This document shows, in pieces, positions 46,772 to 56,067 of a stretch of 64,000 bases of DNA. Location of the stretch: assembly GCA_025935925.1 (NCBI GenBank), contig JAICUI010000011.1:2676-66675 (forward strand), read 5' to 3'. The position numbers and the translations under genes are program-made. Position 1 is the first letter of the stretch, and each line of letters begins with the position of its first letter. The stretch is from Chloroflexota bacterium. GTDB lineage: Bacteria > Chloroflexota > Limnocylindria > Limnocylindrales > CSP1-4. The notes beneath the pieces are model-generated. The model did no database searches and was not told the DNA's origin. It saw only the letters and a program-made list of their open reading frames with translations.

Positions 46772-48055
46772 TCATGCTGCGCTCCGCCGAGCCGACACAG
46801 GAACCGCGGATCGTCTCCGGCGTCCGGATGCGGCGAGCGCCCCGGTCGGGCGATACCTCCCGAACGCCTCGACCACGAGCCCGCGCATCTCGAGCGACGT
46901 CAGGGCGGCGAGGACCGTCGCGCTCCGGTGCCCCGTGCCCGCGACCAGCTCGTCGACGCTGCCGCGGCCCGCGGCGAGCTGCGTGGCGACCGCCCGCTCG
47001 ACGGGCGTCAGTCCGGCATCGACGGGCACGTGGATCACGCCGCGGGTGTCGGTCGCGAGCAGCCCGAGATCCTCGAGCAGCTCGGGGATGCCCACGACGA
47101 TCTGGGCGTCCCGGGCCTCGCGGAGGAACGCGAGGCTGCCGGCGACGGACGGGTCGTCGAGGCGGCCCGGGACGATGTAGAGGCCGCGCGCCTGCTCCAG
47201 GGCCCACGCCGCCGTGGTGAGCGCGCCACTCCTCGCCCCGGCCTCGACCACGACCGTCGCGTCGGAGAGTCCGCTGATGAGCCGGTTCCGGCGCGGGAAG
47301 GTGCCCCGGGTCGGATGCGTCCATGGCGCGAACTCGCTGACGACCGCGCCGCCGCCCGCCACGATTGCCGCCGCGAGCGAGACGTGCGCCGCCGGGTACA
47401 GCCGCTCGTGGCCGCCGCCGATCACGGCGATGGTCGGGGTCCCGGCACGGACCGCGGCGGCGTGCGCCGCGCCGTCCACGCCGAGCGCGAGGCCCGACAC
47501 GATGGTCGCGCCGAGCCCCGCGATCGCGTCGCCGATCCGTCCCGCGGTGGCACGGCCGATCCCCGTGGGCCGGCGCGTCCCCACGACGGCGACCGCGTGG
47601 TCCCGTTCGAGGGCCGCGGGATCGCCCCGCACGAACAGGACCGGCGGCGGCAGGTCGATGCGTCGCAGCCGGGTCGGGTAGTCGTCGTCGACGAGCGTCA
47701 GGACCCGGAGGCCGGCGCGGCGAACCGGATCGACGACCGTCCGCGGCTCGTGTGCGGCGGCGACGAGGAGCCTCGCCGCCTCGGGCGTGATTGTCGGCGG
47801 ACCGTCGTCGTCCGCCGTCGCCGCGACGAGCGCCCGCACGGCGTCCCGGGCACGCGCCATGTCGAGGACCCGGCGCGCGGAACCGAACGTGGCGACCAGC
47901 CGCGCGAACGACACGGGCCCGACCCCGTCCACGCAGCCGATGACCGCCCACGCCTCGCGTTCGTCGACAGCGACGTCGCGCCGGGCCGCTGCCGCCCCGC
48001 CGGCCTCGTCGTCCACGTCGCGACCGAGCGGACCGCGACGTCCGACCCCGAGCAT
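46772..48055 (-). CDS. dprA: DNA processing protein DprA (Smf)
   Basis: YPTRLRRIDLPPPVLFVRG...AVVGTRRPT..G...A...........G..IVSGLALGVDGAAHAAAV...TIAVIGGGHERLYPAAH...VSEFAPWTHPTRGTFPRRNRLISGLS, followed by a C-terminal winged helix. The ATG at 48055 shares one nt with the comM stop. Confidence 0.9.
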   Translation of the reverse strand: MLGVGRRGPLGRDVDDEAGGAAAARRDVAVDEREAWAVIGCVDGVGPVSFARLVATFGSARRVLDMARARDAVRALVAATADDDGPPTITPEAARLLVAAAHEPRTVVDPVRRAGLRVLTLVDDDYPTRLRRIDLPPPVLFVRGDPAALERDHAVAVVGTRRPTGIGRATAGRIGDAIAGLGATIVSGLALGVDGAAHAAAVRAGTPTIAVIGGGHERLYPAAHVSLAAAIVAGGGAVVSEFAPWTHPTRGTFPRRNRLISGLSDATVVVEAGARSGALTTAAWALEQARGLYIVPGRLDDPSVAGSLAFLREARDAQIVVGIPELLEDLGLLATDTRGVIHVPVDAGLTPVERAVATQLAAGRGSVDELVAGTGHRSATVLAALTSLEMRGLVVEAFGRYRPTGALAASGRRRRSAVPVSARRSAA

Positions 48056-49665
48056 CACGACGCCAGCGAGACGTCGACGGAGCGCTCCGCCGGCTGCCGG
48101 AACCGTGCCGCCTCGTCCAGGTGGTCGACGGTGACCGCGTCCTCGCCCTCGAGGTCGGCGATCGTGCGCGCGACCGAAAGCAGGCGCTCGGTCCCGCGCC
48201 CGCTCAGCCGCTCGCGCACGGCGAGCTGGATGGCGCGTGCCGCCTCCTCGGATCCGAGTCCGCACACCGTCCGGAGCCGTCGTCCGTGGATCCTCGCGTT
48301 CGGCACGTCGCCGCTCCGGCGGCGCTGCCGCTCGCGCGCCGCGGCGATGCGCGCGGCGACCACCGCGCTCGACTCGGGCACCGGACCCGAGACGAGGACC
48401 GCCGGCGGCACGCGGTCCACCGCGACCCACAGATCGATGCGATCCCGCAGCGGCCCGGAGATCCGGCGGCGGTACCGCTCGGGGACACGCGCCGGACAGG
48501 TGCACGGCGTGTCGGCGGAGCCGCTCATCCCGCACGGGCACGGGTTCATGGCCGCGACGAACACGAACCTCGCCGGGAACGTCGATGCGCGGCCCACGCG
48601 GACGACCGAGACGGATCCGTCCTCCAGCGGCTGGCGCAACGCCTCGAGAACGTCGCGGCCGAACTCGGGCAGCTCGTCGCACACCAGCACGCCCTGGTCG
48701 GCGAGCGTCACCTCGCCCGGCGAGAGGCGCGGGCCGCCGCCGATCATCCCGGCGTACGACACGGTGTGGTGCGGCGACCGCACCGGCGGCCGCCGGACGA
48801 GCGACCGGATCGGCCCGGACCCCGCCGCCGATGCCACGATCGTCGCGGCGAGGGCCGCGTCGTCGTCGAGGTCCGGCAGCAGCCCGGGGATCGTGCGGGC
48901 CAGCAGCGTCTTGCCGGCGCCGGGCGGCCCGATGAGCAGCATCGCGTGGGCGCCGGCTAGCGAGATCTCCAGCGCGCGCCGCGCCAGCGCCTGTCCGCGC
49001 ACGTCGGCGAGGTCCACGACGCCGGCGTCGCCGGGCCGCTCGCCGCGCTCCCGGCCGGCGATGACCGTCTCGGAGCCACCCGCGCCCAGGCCGTCCGCAC
49101 GCGGCAGCGGTACCGGCGCGGGGCGCCGGGCGCGTGGCGACCGCACCGCTTCGGCGGCCTCCGCGAGCGTCCGGACACCCGTCGCGTCCAGCCCGGGCAC
49201 CAGCCGCGCCTCGTCGATCGCCGCCGCGGGCACGAGCGCGCGCCGGATGCCGGCGGCCACCAGCGCGAGGCCCATGGGCAGCATCCCCGGCACGGCTCGC
49301 ACCTCACCGCCCAGCCCGAGCTCGCCGATCAACGCCACCCGCCCGGGGGCCACGCGCAGCTGCTCGGACCCGAGCAGGATCCCGACGGCGATCGCGAGGT
49401 CGAGCGAGGCGCCCGTCTTTCTCAGCTCGGCGGGGGCGAGGTTGACGGTGATCCGCCGCGGCGGGTGGTGGTAGCCGGCGTTGCGAAGCGCGCCCCGGAC
49501 GCGCTCGCGCGCCTCTGACAGCGCGGCGTCGGGCAGCCCGACGATCGTGAAGCCGGGCAGCCCCGGCGCGACATCGACCTCGACGCGGACGAGCCGGCCG
49601 GCGATGCCGTGGAGCGTGGCGGAGACCAGCGTCGCGAGCATGCGCGGCACGGTACGTCGTGCCAC
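48055..49665 (-). CDS. comM: Mg-chelatase-like AAA+ protein YifB/ComM
   Basis: N-terminal Lon-protease-like domain (GLPGFTIVGLPDAALSEARERVRGAL...ITVNLAPAELRKTGASLDLAIAVGIL). Walker A IGPPGAGKT, Walker B VLVCDELPEF, a zinc-finger-like PCPCG and a C-terminal helical domain. The likelier start may be the Met at 49641 (MLATLVS). Confidence 0.9.
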   Translation of the reverse strand: MARRTVPRMLATLVSATLHGIAGRLVRVEVDVAPGLPGFTIVGLPDAALSEARERVRGALRNAGYHHPPRRITVNLAPAELRKTGASLDLAIAVGILLGSEQLRVAPGRVALIGELGLGGEVRAVPGMLPMGLALVAAGIRRALVPAAAIDEARLVPGLDATGVRTLAEAAEAVRSPRARRPAPVPLPRADGLGAGGSETVIAGRERGERPGDAGVVDLADVRGQALARRALEISLAGAHAMLLIGPPGAGKTLLARTIPGLLPDLDDDAALAATIVASAAGSGPIRSLVRRPPVRSPHHTVSYAGMIGGGPRLSPGEVTLADQGVLVCDELPEFGRDVLEALRQPLEDGSVSVVRVGRASTFPARFVFVAAMNPCPCGMSGSADTPCTCPARVPERYRRRISGPLRDRIDLWVAVDRVPPAVLVSGPVPESSAVVAARIAAARERQRRRSGDVPNARIHGRRLRTVCGLGSEEAARAIQLAVRERLSGRGTERLLSVARTIADLEGEDAVTVDHLDEAARFRQPAERSVDVSLAS

Positions 49666-49722
49666 TCATCCACGACTTATCTGCCCGTGGCGACCTCGAC
49701 TCGCCGCTCGGGGAACGACTCG

Positions 49723-50898
49723 CTAGGAGCGCGATGCCGCCGGCGCGAGCAGCCCGGCACCCTGCGCGGCACCCTTGTCGACCGCCCGCGCGAAGTCCGC
49801 CACCGACCGCCCGAGGACGGAGTCCGCCTTCGAGAGCATGAACGGCGACCCGGTGTTGAGCGCGGAGATCGCGCCCCGGTACTCGTTCACGACCTGGAAC
49901 TCGATCGGCCGGCGGAGCGCCCCCTCGGCGCTCTTGGTGCTGATGCCCGTGAACGCGTTCGACCGGTTGAGCACGAGCTTGAGCTTGTTCTGCTCGTATC
50001 CGAGGTGGCCGATCGTCTCGAGCAGGAGCCGGACGTTCTTGAGGCACGACAGGTCGGCGGTCATCACCGCGAAGATCGTCTCCGCGACGTCGAGCACCAT
50101 CAGGTTCCGGTCCTCGAGCCGCTTGTCGATGTCGACGATCACGTAGTCGTACAGCCCCGCCAGCAGCTCCAGGATCTGGTGCAGGTGCGCGGGCGTCACG
50201 AGGTCGGCGGCCTCGGGCGACGGCGGCGCGAGCAGCAGCTCCACGCCCGAGTCGTGCGGCTGGACGATGCTCTTCACGAGGTCGGCGTCCATCGACGGCG
50301 CGCTCACCAGGTCGACGATGCTCTTGCGGTCGAGCCCGAGGTCGAGGAACACGCGGTGGTCGCCGAACTGCAGGTTGCCGTCGACGAGCACGACCCGCCG
50401 GCCGAGCTCCTTGAGCGCGATCGCCGCGTTGATCGCGATCGTCGTCGTCCCGACGCCGCCCTTCGCCCCGTAGTAGGCGTGGATGCGGCCCATCGGCGGA
50501 CGCCCGACGAGCGAGTTCGACGAGCCGAACCGCGCGATCAGGCTCTTCATCCGCGCGCTCAGCTCGGCAGGGTGGAACGGCTTGATCAGGTAGTCGTCGG
50601 CACCGGCGCGCAGCGCGCGCACCTTGCCCTGCACGTCGCGGTCGGTGGTGAGCATGATGATCGGGACGTGCCGGCCCGGCCCTTCCTCGGCCCGGATCCG
50701 GGTCGCGACCTCGTAGCCGTCGAGCCCGGCCACCGTCGTGTCGAGGAGGATGAGCGCCGGCGGCTCCTGCTGCCACTGACGGAGCGCGTCCGGCCCGTCG
50801 GACGCCAGCTGGACCTCGTAGCCCTCGTGCTGGAGCGTCTGCTGCAGGAGCCGCTGCACGCTGGCGTCGTCGTCGACGACCAGGACCTTCCCCGTCAT
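49723..50898 (-). CDS. Response-regulator receiver fused to a ParA/MinD-family (CpaE/TadZ-like) ATPase domain
   Basis: The REC domain is intact: VLVVDDD, LILLD, IIMLT, DYLIKPF. The ParA-like part reads RIHAYYGAKGGVGTTTIAINAAIALKELGRRVVLVDGNLQFGD. 391 aa. Confidence 0.85.
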   Translation of the reverse strand: MTGKVLVVDDDASVQRLLQQTLQHEGYEVQLASDGPDALRQWQQEPPALILLDTTVAGLDGYEVATRIRAEEGPGRHVPIIMLTTDRDVQGKVRALRAGADDYLIKPFHPAELSARMKSLIARFGSSNSLVGRPPMGRIHAYYGAKGGVGTTTIAINAAIALKELGRRVVLVDGNLQFGDHRVFLDLGLDRKSIVDLVSAPSMDADLVKSIVQPHDSGVELLLAPPSPEAADLVTPAHLHQILELLAGLYDYVIVDIDKRLEDRNLMVLDVAETIFAVMTADLSCLKNVRLLLETIGHLGYEQNKLKLVLNRSNAFTGISTKSAEGALRRPIEFQVVNEYRGAISALNTGSPFMLSKADSVLGRSVADFARAVDKGAAQGAGLLAPAASRS

Positions 50899-50970
50899 CC
50901 GCTGTCCCCACTTCGATGCGCCCGCGCCGGGTCAAGGTCCCGCGACGCTCGGGCCAGTATAGGGTCGCCC

Positions 50971-52035
50971 TCAGGCGCCCTCCGGCGCGTCACCGGGCGC
51001 CGGTCGCGTCGCCCGGAACGCGTCGCGGAGCAGGCTCGTGACCGCGGCCTCGTACGTCGCCGGGTCGGTCGCGTGGCCCTCGGCGTGGTCGGCGCCGTCG
51101 ATGACGACGTGCCGGGACCCGGCCGGCGCCGCCGCCGCGAGCCGCCGGCCCTCCCTGAGCGGAACGGTCCGGTCGCGACCGCCGTGGATCAGGAGCAGCG
51201 GGACGTCCTCGAGCAGCCCGACGACGGCCCCGGGCTCGACCGACCGGGGATCGGCGCCGATCCGCTCCCCCACACGCGCGAACGCGTGACCGGCGATCCG
51301 CCGTCCGAACGGCACCCGGAGCCGGCTGCCCGCGACCACCTCGAGCTCCGGGGCGACCGAGTCGCCGACCACGGCGACGATCCGCGGCCGCGGCGCCTCG
51401 CTGACCGCGGCGGGAGCGTCCGGGTCGAGGTCTGCCGAGGCGAGGCGGCCGTCGCCGAGGACGGCCACCGAGGCGATCGCCACGATCCCGCCCATCGACG
51501 ACCCGACGATCGCCACCCTGCGGACCCCCCGCTCGCCGAGCCAGGCGAGCGCACCCGCGACGTCGTCGACCTCGCGGACGCCGAACGTCGTCGGCGACTC
51601 GTCCGACCCGCCGTGGCCGCGCAGGTCGAGCCCGAGGACCGACGCGGTCTCGCGCAGGAACGGCCCGAGCTCGACGAGGTCGGGGGTCGCCGAGCCGCTG
51701 TACCCGTGGAGGAGCAGGATGGCCTCGCGCGGGTCGGGTCCCCAGCCGGGATCGCCGTCCGGCGCATCGCCGCGCGTGTCAGCGACGGGCACGTGGGCGC
51801 CGGCTGCTTCGGCCTCGATAGCGATCAGCCAGCGGCCGGTGAGGCGCAGCCCGTCGCGCGACCGGAGTCGGACCACCTCGCCGCCGAGCCGGTCGAGGGC
51901 CGGCTGCATGCCGGCTTCCTCGGGGAGCCGCCGAGGCGCGGCCATCAGGCGCGTGGCCAGCCGGTCGGTCACCGGCCGGATCGCGAGCAGCGCGACGATC
52001 GGCGCCGCGACGACGAGCGCGAGACGCCGGATCAC
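50971..52035 (-). CDS. Alpha/beta hydrolase with an N-terminal TM anchor
   Basis: The GTG start at 52035 overlaps the SPFH stop. VIRRLALVVAAPIVALLAI (TM), HG oxyanion region LLLHGYSG, nucleophile elbow GSSMGG, and late IHGGRD and DH residues. The upstream part of track ORF 50971..54705 is out-of-frame. Confidence 0.8.
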   Translation of the reverse strand: MIRRLALVVAAPIVALLAIRPVTDRLATRLMAAPRRLPEEAGMQPALDRLGGEVVRLRSRDGLRLTGRWLIAIEAEAAGAHVPVADTRGDAPDGDPGWGPDPREAILLLHGYSGSATPDLVELGPFLRETASVLGLDLRGHGGSDESPTTFGVREVDDVAGALAWLGERGVRRVAIVGSSMGGIVAIASVAVLGDGRLASADLDPDAPAAVSEAPRPRIVAVVGDSVAPELEVVAGSRLRVPFGRRIAGHAFARVGERIGADPRSVEPGAVVGLLEDVPLLLIHGGRDRTVPLREGRRLAAAAPAGSRHVVIDGADHAEGHATDPATYEAAVTSLLRDAFRATRPAPGDAPEGA

Positions 52036-53021
52036 CCGGCGATGCCGGACCCGCCGCTCGATCCGGCGTCCCCGGCCGCGCTCGACCCGCTGCGGGCGGC
52101 TGCGCTCGAGCCGCCGGTATCGAGCGAGGCGTCCGTTCCACCGCCGCCGGTCAGCCCGGCCGCGACGTAGTCCCCGATCCGATCCGCCAGGCGGCTGAAC
52201 TCGGTGGGGATGACGTACTTCGTGGACGGGCTCGCGCCGATGGCCTTGAGCGCCTCGAGGTACTGGAGGGTCATCGTCTTCTCGTCGATGCCGCGTGCCG
52301 CGCTGTAGATCCGTTCGAGCGCCTGGCTGAAGCCCTCGGCTCGGAGGATCGCCGACTGCCGGTCGCCCTCGGCACGGAGGATGCTCGACTGCTTCTCGCC
52401 CTCGGCGACGTTGATCGCCGACTGGCGCGCGCCCTCGGACTCGGTGATGACCGCGCGCCGCGTCCGCTCGGCGGACAGCTGGCGGTTCATCGCGTCCTGG
52501 ACGTCGCGCGGTGGCGTGATCTCGCGGATCTCGACCGTCGTGATCTTGCCGCCCCAGCGCTCGGTCACCTCGTCGAGCTTCGCGCGCAGGACCTCGTTGA
52601 TCTGCTCGCGCTTCGAGAGCACGTCGTCGAGCAGGATGTCGCCGATCACGGCGCGGAGGGTCGTCGTCGCGACGCCCTGGAGGGCGCCCGCGAAGTACTG
52701 GACGTTCACGACGCTCCGCAACGGGTCGACGATCCGCCAGTAGATCAGGAAGTCGACGTTGATCGGTGCGTTGTCCTTGGTGATGGTGGTCTGGCTCGGC
52801 ACCTCGATGAAGGTCTCGCGCATGTCGACCTTGATCGGTCGGTCGATGACCGGGATCAGGAACCGCAGCCCCGGGCCGCGGACCAGCCCCTCGTTCGTCT
52901 TTCCGAGGCGGAACACGACCATCTGCTCGTACTGCTGCACGACCCTGACCGACAGGTACAGGATCGCGAACACCACCACGATCAGGAACGCGATGGCGGC
53001 CAGGACGGGGGCGAGCTCCAT
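52032..53021 (-). CDS. SPFH/band-7 (stomatin-like) protein
   Basis: N-terminal TM, then VVQQYEQMVVFRLGK...LRFLIPVIDRPIKVDMRE...ITKDNAPINVDFLIYWRIVDP... and a coiled-coil with EGE/AEG repeats. The tail is Gly/Ser-rich. ggagga RBS 6 nt upstream of the start. Confidence 0.92.
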   Translation of the reverse strand: MELAPVLAAIAFLIVVVFAILYLSVRVVQQYEQMVVFRLGKTNEGLVRGPGLRFLIPVIDRPIKVDMRETFIEVPSQTTITKDNAPINVDFLIYWRIVDPLRSVVNVQYFAGALQGVATTTLRAVIGDILLDDVLSKREQINEVLRAKLDEVTERWGGKITTVEIREITPPRDVQDAMNRQLSAERTRRAVITESEGARQSAINVAEGEKQSSILRAEGDRQSAILRAEGFSQALERIYSAARGIDEKTMTLQYLEALKAIGASPSTKYVIPTEFSRLADRIGDYVAAGLTGGGGTDASLDTGGSSAAARSGSSAAGDAGSSGGSGIAG

Positions 53022-53036
53022 GCGGGTCCTCCGGGG

Positions 53037-54476
53037 CTAGGGCTGGTCGGCCGGCAGGGGCACCGGCGCGGGCGGCGGGGTCGGCTGCTCGCCGGCGGCG
53101 AGCGGCTCGACGATGGCGATGAGGCCGTCGAAGCCGGCGAGGCGGACGGGGGTCGTGCGGTCGAGGGCGAGGCCCGACTTCGTGCGCGCGGACCACGTCT
53201 CGCCGGCGAGGTACACCGTCCCGAGCGGCGCGAGCGGCGCCTGCACGACGCCGGTCGTCCCGAGGGGCACCGGCACGCCCACGGTTCCCGCGGGTGGACG
53301 CAGCTCGCGGGTGCGCGCGGCCATGATCGTGACGAGGCCCATCAGCACGGCCATCGTGATCGTGACGGTCAGGATCACCGGGGTGGCGACACCCACGTCG
53401 GGCCCGATCGGGTTCCCCGGCACGGTGTACAGCGCCGACGCGCCGAGCAGGAAGCACACGATGCCACCCGCCGTGAGCAGCCCGTGGCTGACCACGTGCG
53501 CCTCGAGCGCGAACAGCACGACGCCGAGCCCGAGCAGCAGCAGCCCCGCGACGTTGAGCGGCAGGCTGCCGAAGCCGATGAACGCGAGGATGATCGCGAT
53601 GGCGCCGAGGATCCCGGTGACGAAGTTCGGGTTCATGACCTCGAAGATCAGCCCGTAGACGCCGACCGTGAACAGGACGAAGGCGACGTTCGGGTCCGAC
53701 AGCAGGTGCAGGAACGACTGGAACGGGTTCATCGCCGTGTCGACGGCCGTTGCCCCCGCGGTCGCGACGGTCGTGTCGACGCCGTTCACCTTCACGACCT
53801 TGCCGTTCGCCTGGGCGAGGACCTCGTCGACGCTGCCCGCGATGCCGTCGACCGCGCCGGCCGCGACGGCCTGGGTCGCGGTGTATGACGACGCCTTGTC
53901 GACCGTGGACACGGCCCAGTCGACGGGACGGCCGCGCGTCTCGGCGATCGACGTGATGTTGGCGATGGCGTCGTTCCTGACCTTCTGGCCGAGCGTGCCG
54001 GTGATGTCCTCGCCGTTGCTCCCGACGGGCGACGCGGCGCCGATGTTCGTGCCGGGCGCCATGTACGAGAGGTGCGCCGCGAGGGTGATGAAGGTCCCGG
54101 CGCTCGCCGCCCGACCACCCGACGGAGCGACCCACACGATGACCGGGACCTTCGCCGTGAGGAAGGCGGAGGTGATGCCCTGCGTGGCGTCGAGGCTCCC
54201 GCCCGGGGTGTTGAGCTGGACGATCACCGCGGGCGAGCCGTCCGCCGCGGCCTGCGCGACGCCCTGCTCGAGATAGGTTGCCATCACGTTGTCCACGACG
54301 CCGGTCGCGGTCAGGACCGGCACCTCGTTGCTCGCCCCGCGAGCGAGCCCCGCGGCGCCGATCGTGAGCAGGCCCAGCACGACGAGCATGCGGGCGGACC
54401 GGAGCGAGAAGCGGCGTGCACGGTAGGGCATGGGACCCGCTTCGAGTATCGCACCCGCGCGTCGCGGGCGGCTCAC
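53037..54476 (-). CDS. NfeD-family membrane-bound serine protease (ClpP-class N-domain plus C-terminal OB)
   Basis: Signal/TM segment. ClpP-like region VIVQLNTPGGSLDAT...VIVWVAPSGGRAASAGTFI. A multi-TM core and a C-terminal NfeD OB domain (GTTGVVQAPLAPLGTVYLAGETWSAR). The GTG at 54476 overlaps the NUDIX stop (GTGA). An alternative ATG is at 54431. Confidence 0.88.
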   Translation of the reverse strand: MSRPRRAGAILEAGPMPYRARRFSLRSARMLVVLGLLTIGAAGLARGASNEVPVLTATGVVDNVMATYLEQGVAQAAADGSPAVIVQLNTPGGSLDATQGITSAFLTAKVPVIVWVAPSGGRAASAGTFITLAAHLSYMAPGTNIGAASPVGSNGEDITGTLGQKVRNDAIANITSIAETRGRPVDWAVSTVDKASSYTATQAVAAGAVDGIAGSVDEVLAQANGKVVKVNGVDTTVATAGATAVDTAMNPFQSFLHLLSDPNVAFVLFTVGVYGLIFEVMNPNFVTGILGAIAIILAFIGFGSLPLNVAGLLLLGLGVVLFALEAHVVSHGLLTAGGIVCFLLGASALYTVPGNPIGPDVGVATPVILTVTITMAVLMGLVTIMAARTRELRPPAGTVGVPVPLGTTGVVQAPLAPLGTVYLAGETWSARTKSGLALDRTTPVRLAGFDGLIAIVEPLAAGEQPTPPPAPVPLPADQP

Positions 54477-55051
54477 CCGGCGAGGGCGTCGAAGACGAGG
54501 CGGCTCCAGGTCTCCATGTCATCGCGGACCGCGCGGACCTCGTCGGTCGTCGCGAACCTGCCGGTGAGCTTGTCCGTCTCGCGGATCTCGACGTCGCGGC
54601 CGCCCGCATCCGCGACGAACACGAAGCCGACGTGGACGGAGCCGACCGGGGTCGTGTCGTCGTTGAGGAGTCCCACCGGCGCGAACGACGGCTCGAAGTC
54701 CGCAACGAGCTCCTCGCCCCATTCCCGCCGCAGCCCGCCGGCCACGTCGCCGTCGCCCGGGTTGAGGTGCCCGCCGACGCCGATCGACCACAGGTCGTGC
54801 AGCCGGGCGTCCCCGCCGCCGCGGGTCCGGCGCATCAGGAACCAGCGGTCGCCGTCGCGCAGGACGAGGTACGGGATGACCTGCTTGCACGCCGGGTCGT
54901 CCTCGGCATCGCCCCGTCGCCGATAGCGGCCGTCGCGGGCGACGACGGCGAGCGCGTCCTCGAGGTCGCCGGGGCGCACGCCCGTCCATCCGTCCCCGGG
55001 CACCAGGGCGTCGCGCGGCACGACGAGCACCTGCTCGTCGGGGTTCGCCAT
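54473..55051 (-). CDS. NUDIX hydrolase
   Basis: NUDIX box GGHLNPGDGDVAGGLRREWGEEL. 192 aa from the ATG at 55051, which shares one nt with the tyrA stop. Confidence 0.8.
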   Translation of the reverse strand: MANPDEQVLVVPRDALVPGDGWTGVRPGDLEDALAVVARDGRYRRRGDAEDDPACKQVIPYLVLRDGDRWFLMRRTRGGGDARLHDLWSIGVGGHLNPGDGDVAGGLRREWGEELVADFEPSFAPVGLLNDDTTPVGSVHVGFVFVADAGGRDVEIRETDKLTGRFATTDEVRAVRDDMETWSRLVFDALAG

Positions 55052-55932
55052 CAGCGTGCCTCGCCCAGTCGCGACGCCGCCGCCGCGAGACGTCCCTGCA
55101 TCGCATCCGGATCCGGGCCCGCGGGCGCCTCGAGGAGCGCGAGCCATTCGTCGATCCGGTCCCGGTACGTGTGCAGCAGGCCGGCGAGCGCGGCGGCGTT
55201 CGTCGCCGCGATCTCGGCGCCCATCCGCGCGTCGCCGCGCGCGAGGCGGGTCGTGTCGCGCCAGCCGCCCGCGGCAAGCGCGGCGGCGTCCGGCCAATCG
55301 GGCGAGGACGCGATCCCCGTCCCCGCGACGGCCTCCACGAGGGCCACCGAGCCGAGCAGCGGCAGGTGGCTGATCGCCGCAACGAGTCGATCGTGGCGCT
55401 CGGCGCCGAGGTCCACCGGGCGCGCGCCGCAGGCGACGGCGAGCCGTCGCACCATGCCGGGATCGCCCCCGCCGACGGCCTCCGTGACGACCCACGGCCG
55501 GTCGTGGAACAGGCCGCCGTCACCGGCCGCGAACCCGGTCACCTCGCGCCCGGCCATCGGGTGGCCGCCGACGAAGGCGAGGCCGGCCGCATCGGCGACA
55601 CGCGTGATCGCCGCCTTCGTCGATGCGACGTCGGTCACGGTGACGCCGGGGAGCAGCGACGTGCGCCACTCGCCGCCGAGCCGCGTCGCGAGCTCGACAC
55701 ACGCGAGCGGCGGACCGGCGAGGACGATGAGGTCCGCGCCGTCGATCGCTGCCCGCGGCTCGGTCGCGATGCGGTTCAGCGTCCCTTCCGCCCTGGCCAG
55801 TCGCGGGCCGTCGCCCGACGGCGTCCACGCGACGAGCTCCGCGCCCGCGAACGGCGGCGGGACGTCGGGCGCGCGCAGCGCACGCGCGACCGAGCCGCCG
55901 ATCAGCCCGAGGCCCAGGAACGCGATGCGCAT
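55051..55932 (-). CDS. tyrA: Prephenate dehydrogenase
   Basis: MRIAFLGLGLIGGSVARAL (Rossmann fold), DVASTK, GGHPMAG, and HDRLVAAISHLP. 293 aa. Confidence 0.88.
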   Translation of the reverse strand: MRIAFLGLGLIGGSVARALRAPDVPPPFAGAELVAWTPSGDGPRLARAEGTLNRIATEPRAAIDGADLIVLAGPPLACVELATRLGGEWRTSLLPGVTVTDVASTKAAITRVADAAGLAFVGGHPMAGREVTGFAAGDGGLFHDRPWVVTEAVGGGDPGMVRRLAVACGARPVDLGAERHDRLVAAISHLPLLGSVALVEAVAGTGIASSPDWPDAAALAAGGWRDTTRLARGDARMGAEIAATNAAALAGLLHTYRDRIDEWLALLEAPAGPDPDAMQGRLAAAASRLGEAR

Positions 55933-56067
55933 CGCCCGATTATCGGCGACACGCCGGGCAGGCCGGGGAACCGCGGGCGACCTCGTGCACGAAAGGGGTA
56001 GACTGCCGGGCGAGGCCTGCCCGCCGCGATCCCCTTTCGGGCCGGTCCCAGCGAGAGGGCACCGCTC

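Noticed and set aside
50899-50970. tatact and ttgacc hexamers upstream of the REC-ParA gene as its promoter.
   Set aside because: On the coding (minus) strand the -10-like hexamer precedes the -35-like hexamer. The order is therefore wrong for a sigma70-type promoter in either orientation.
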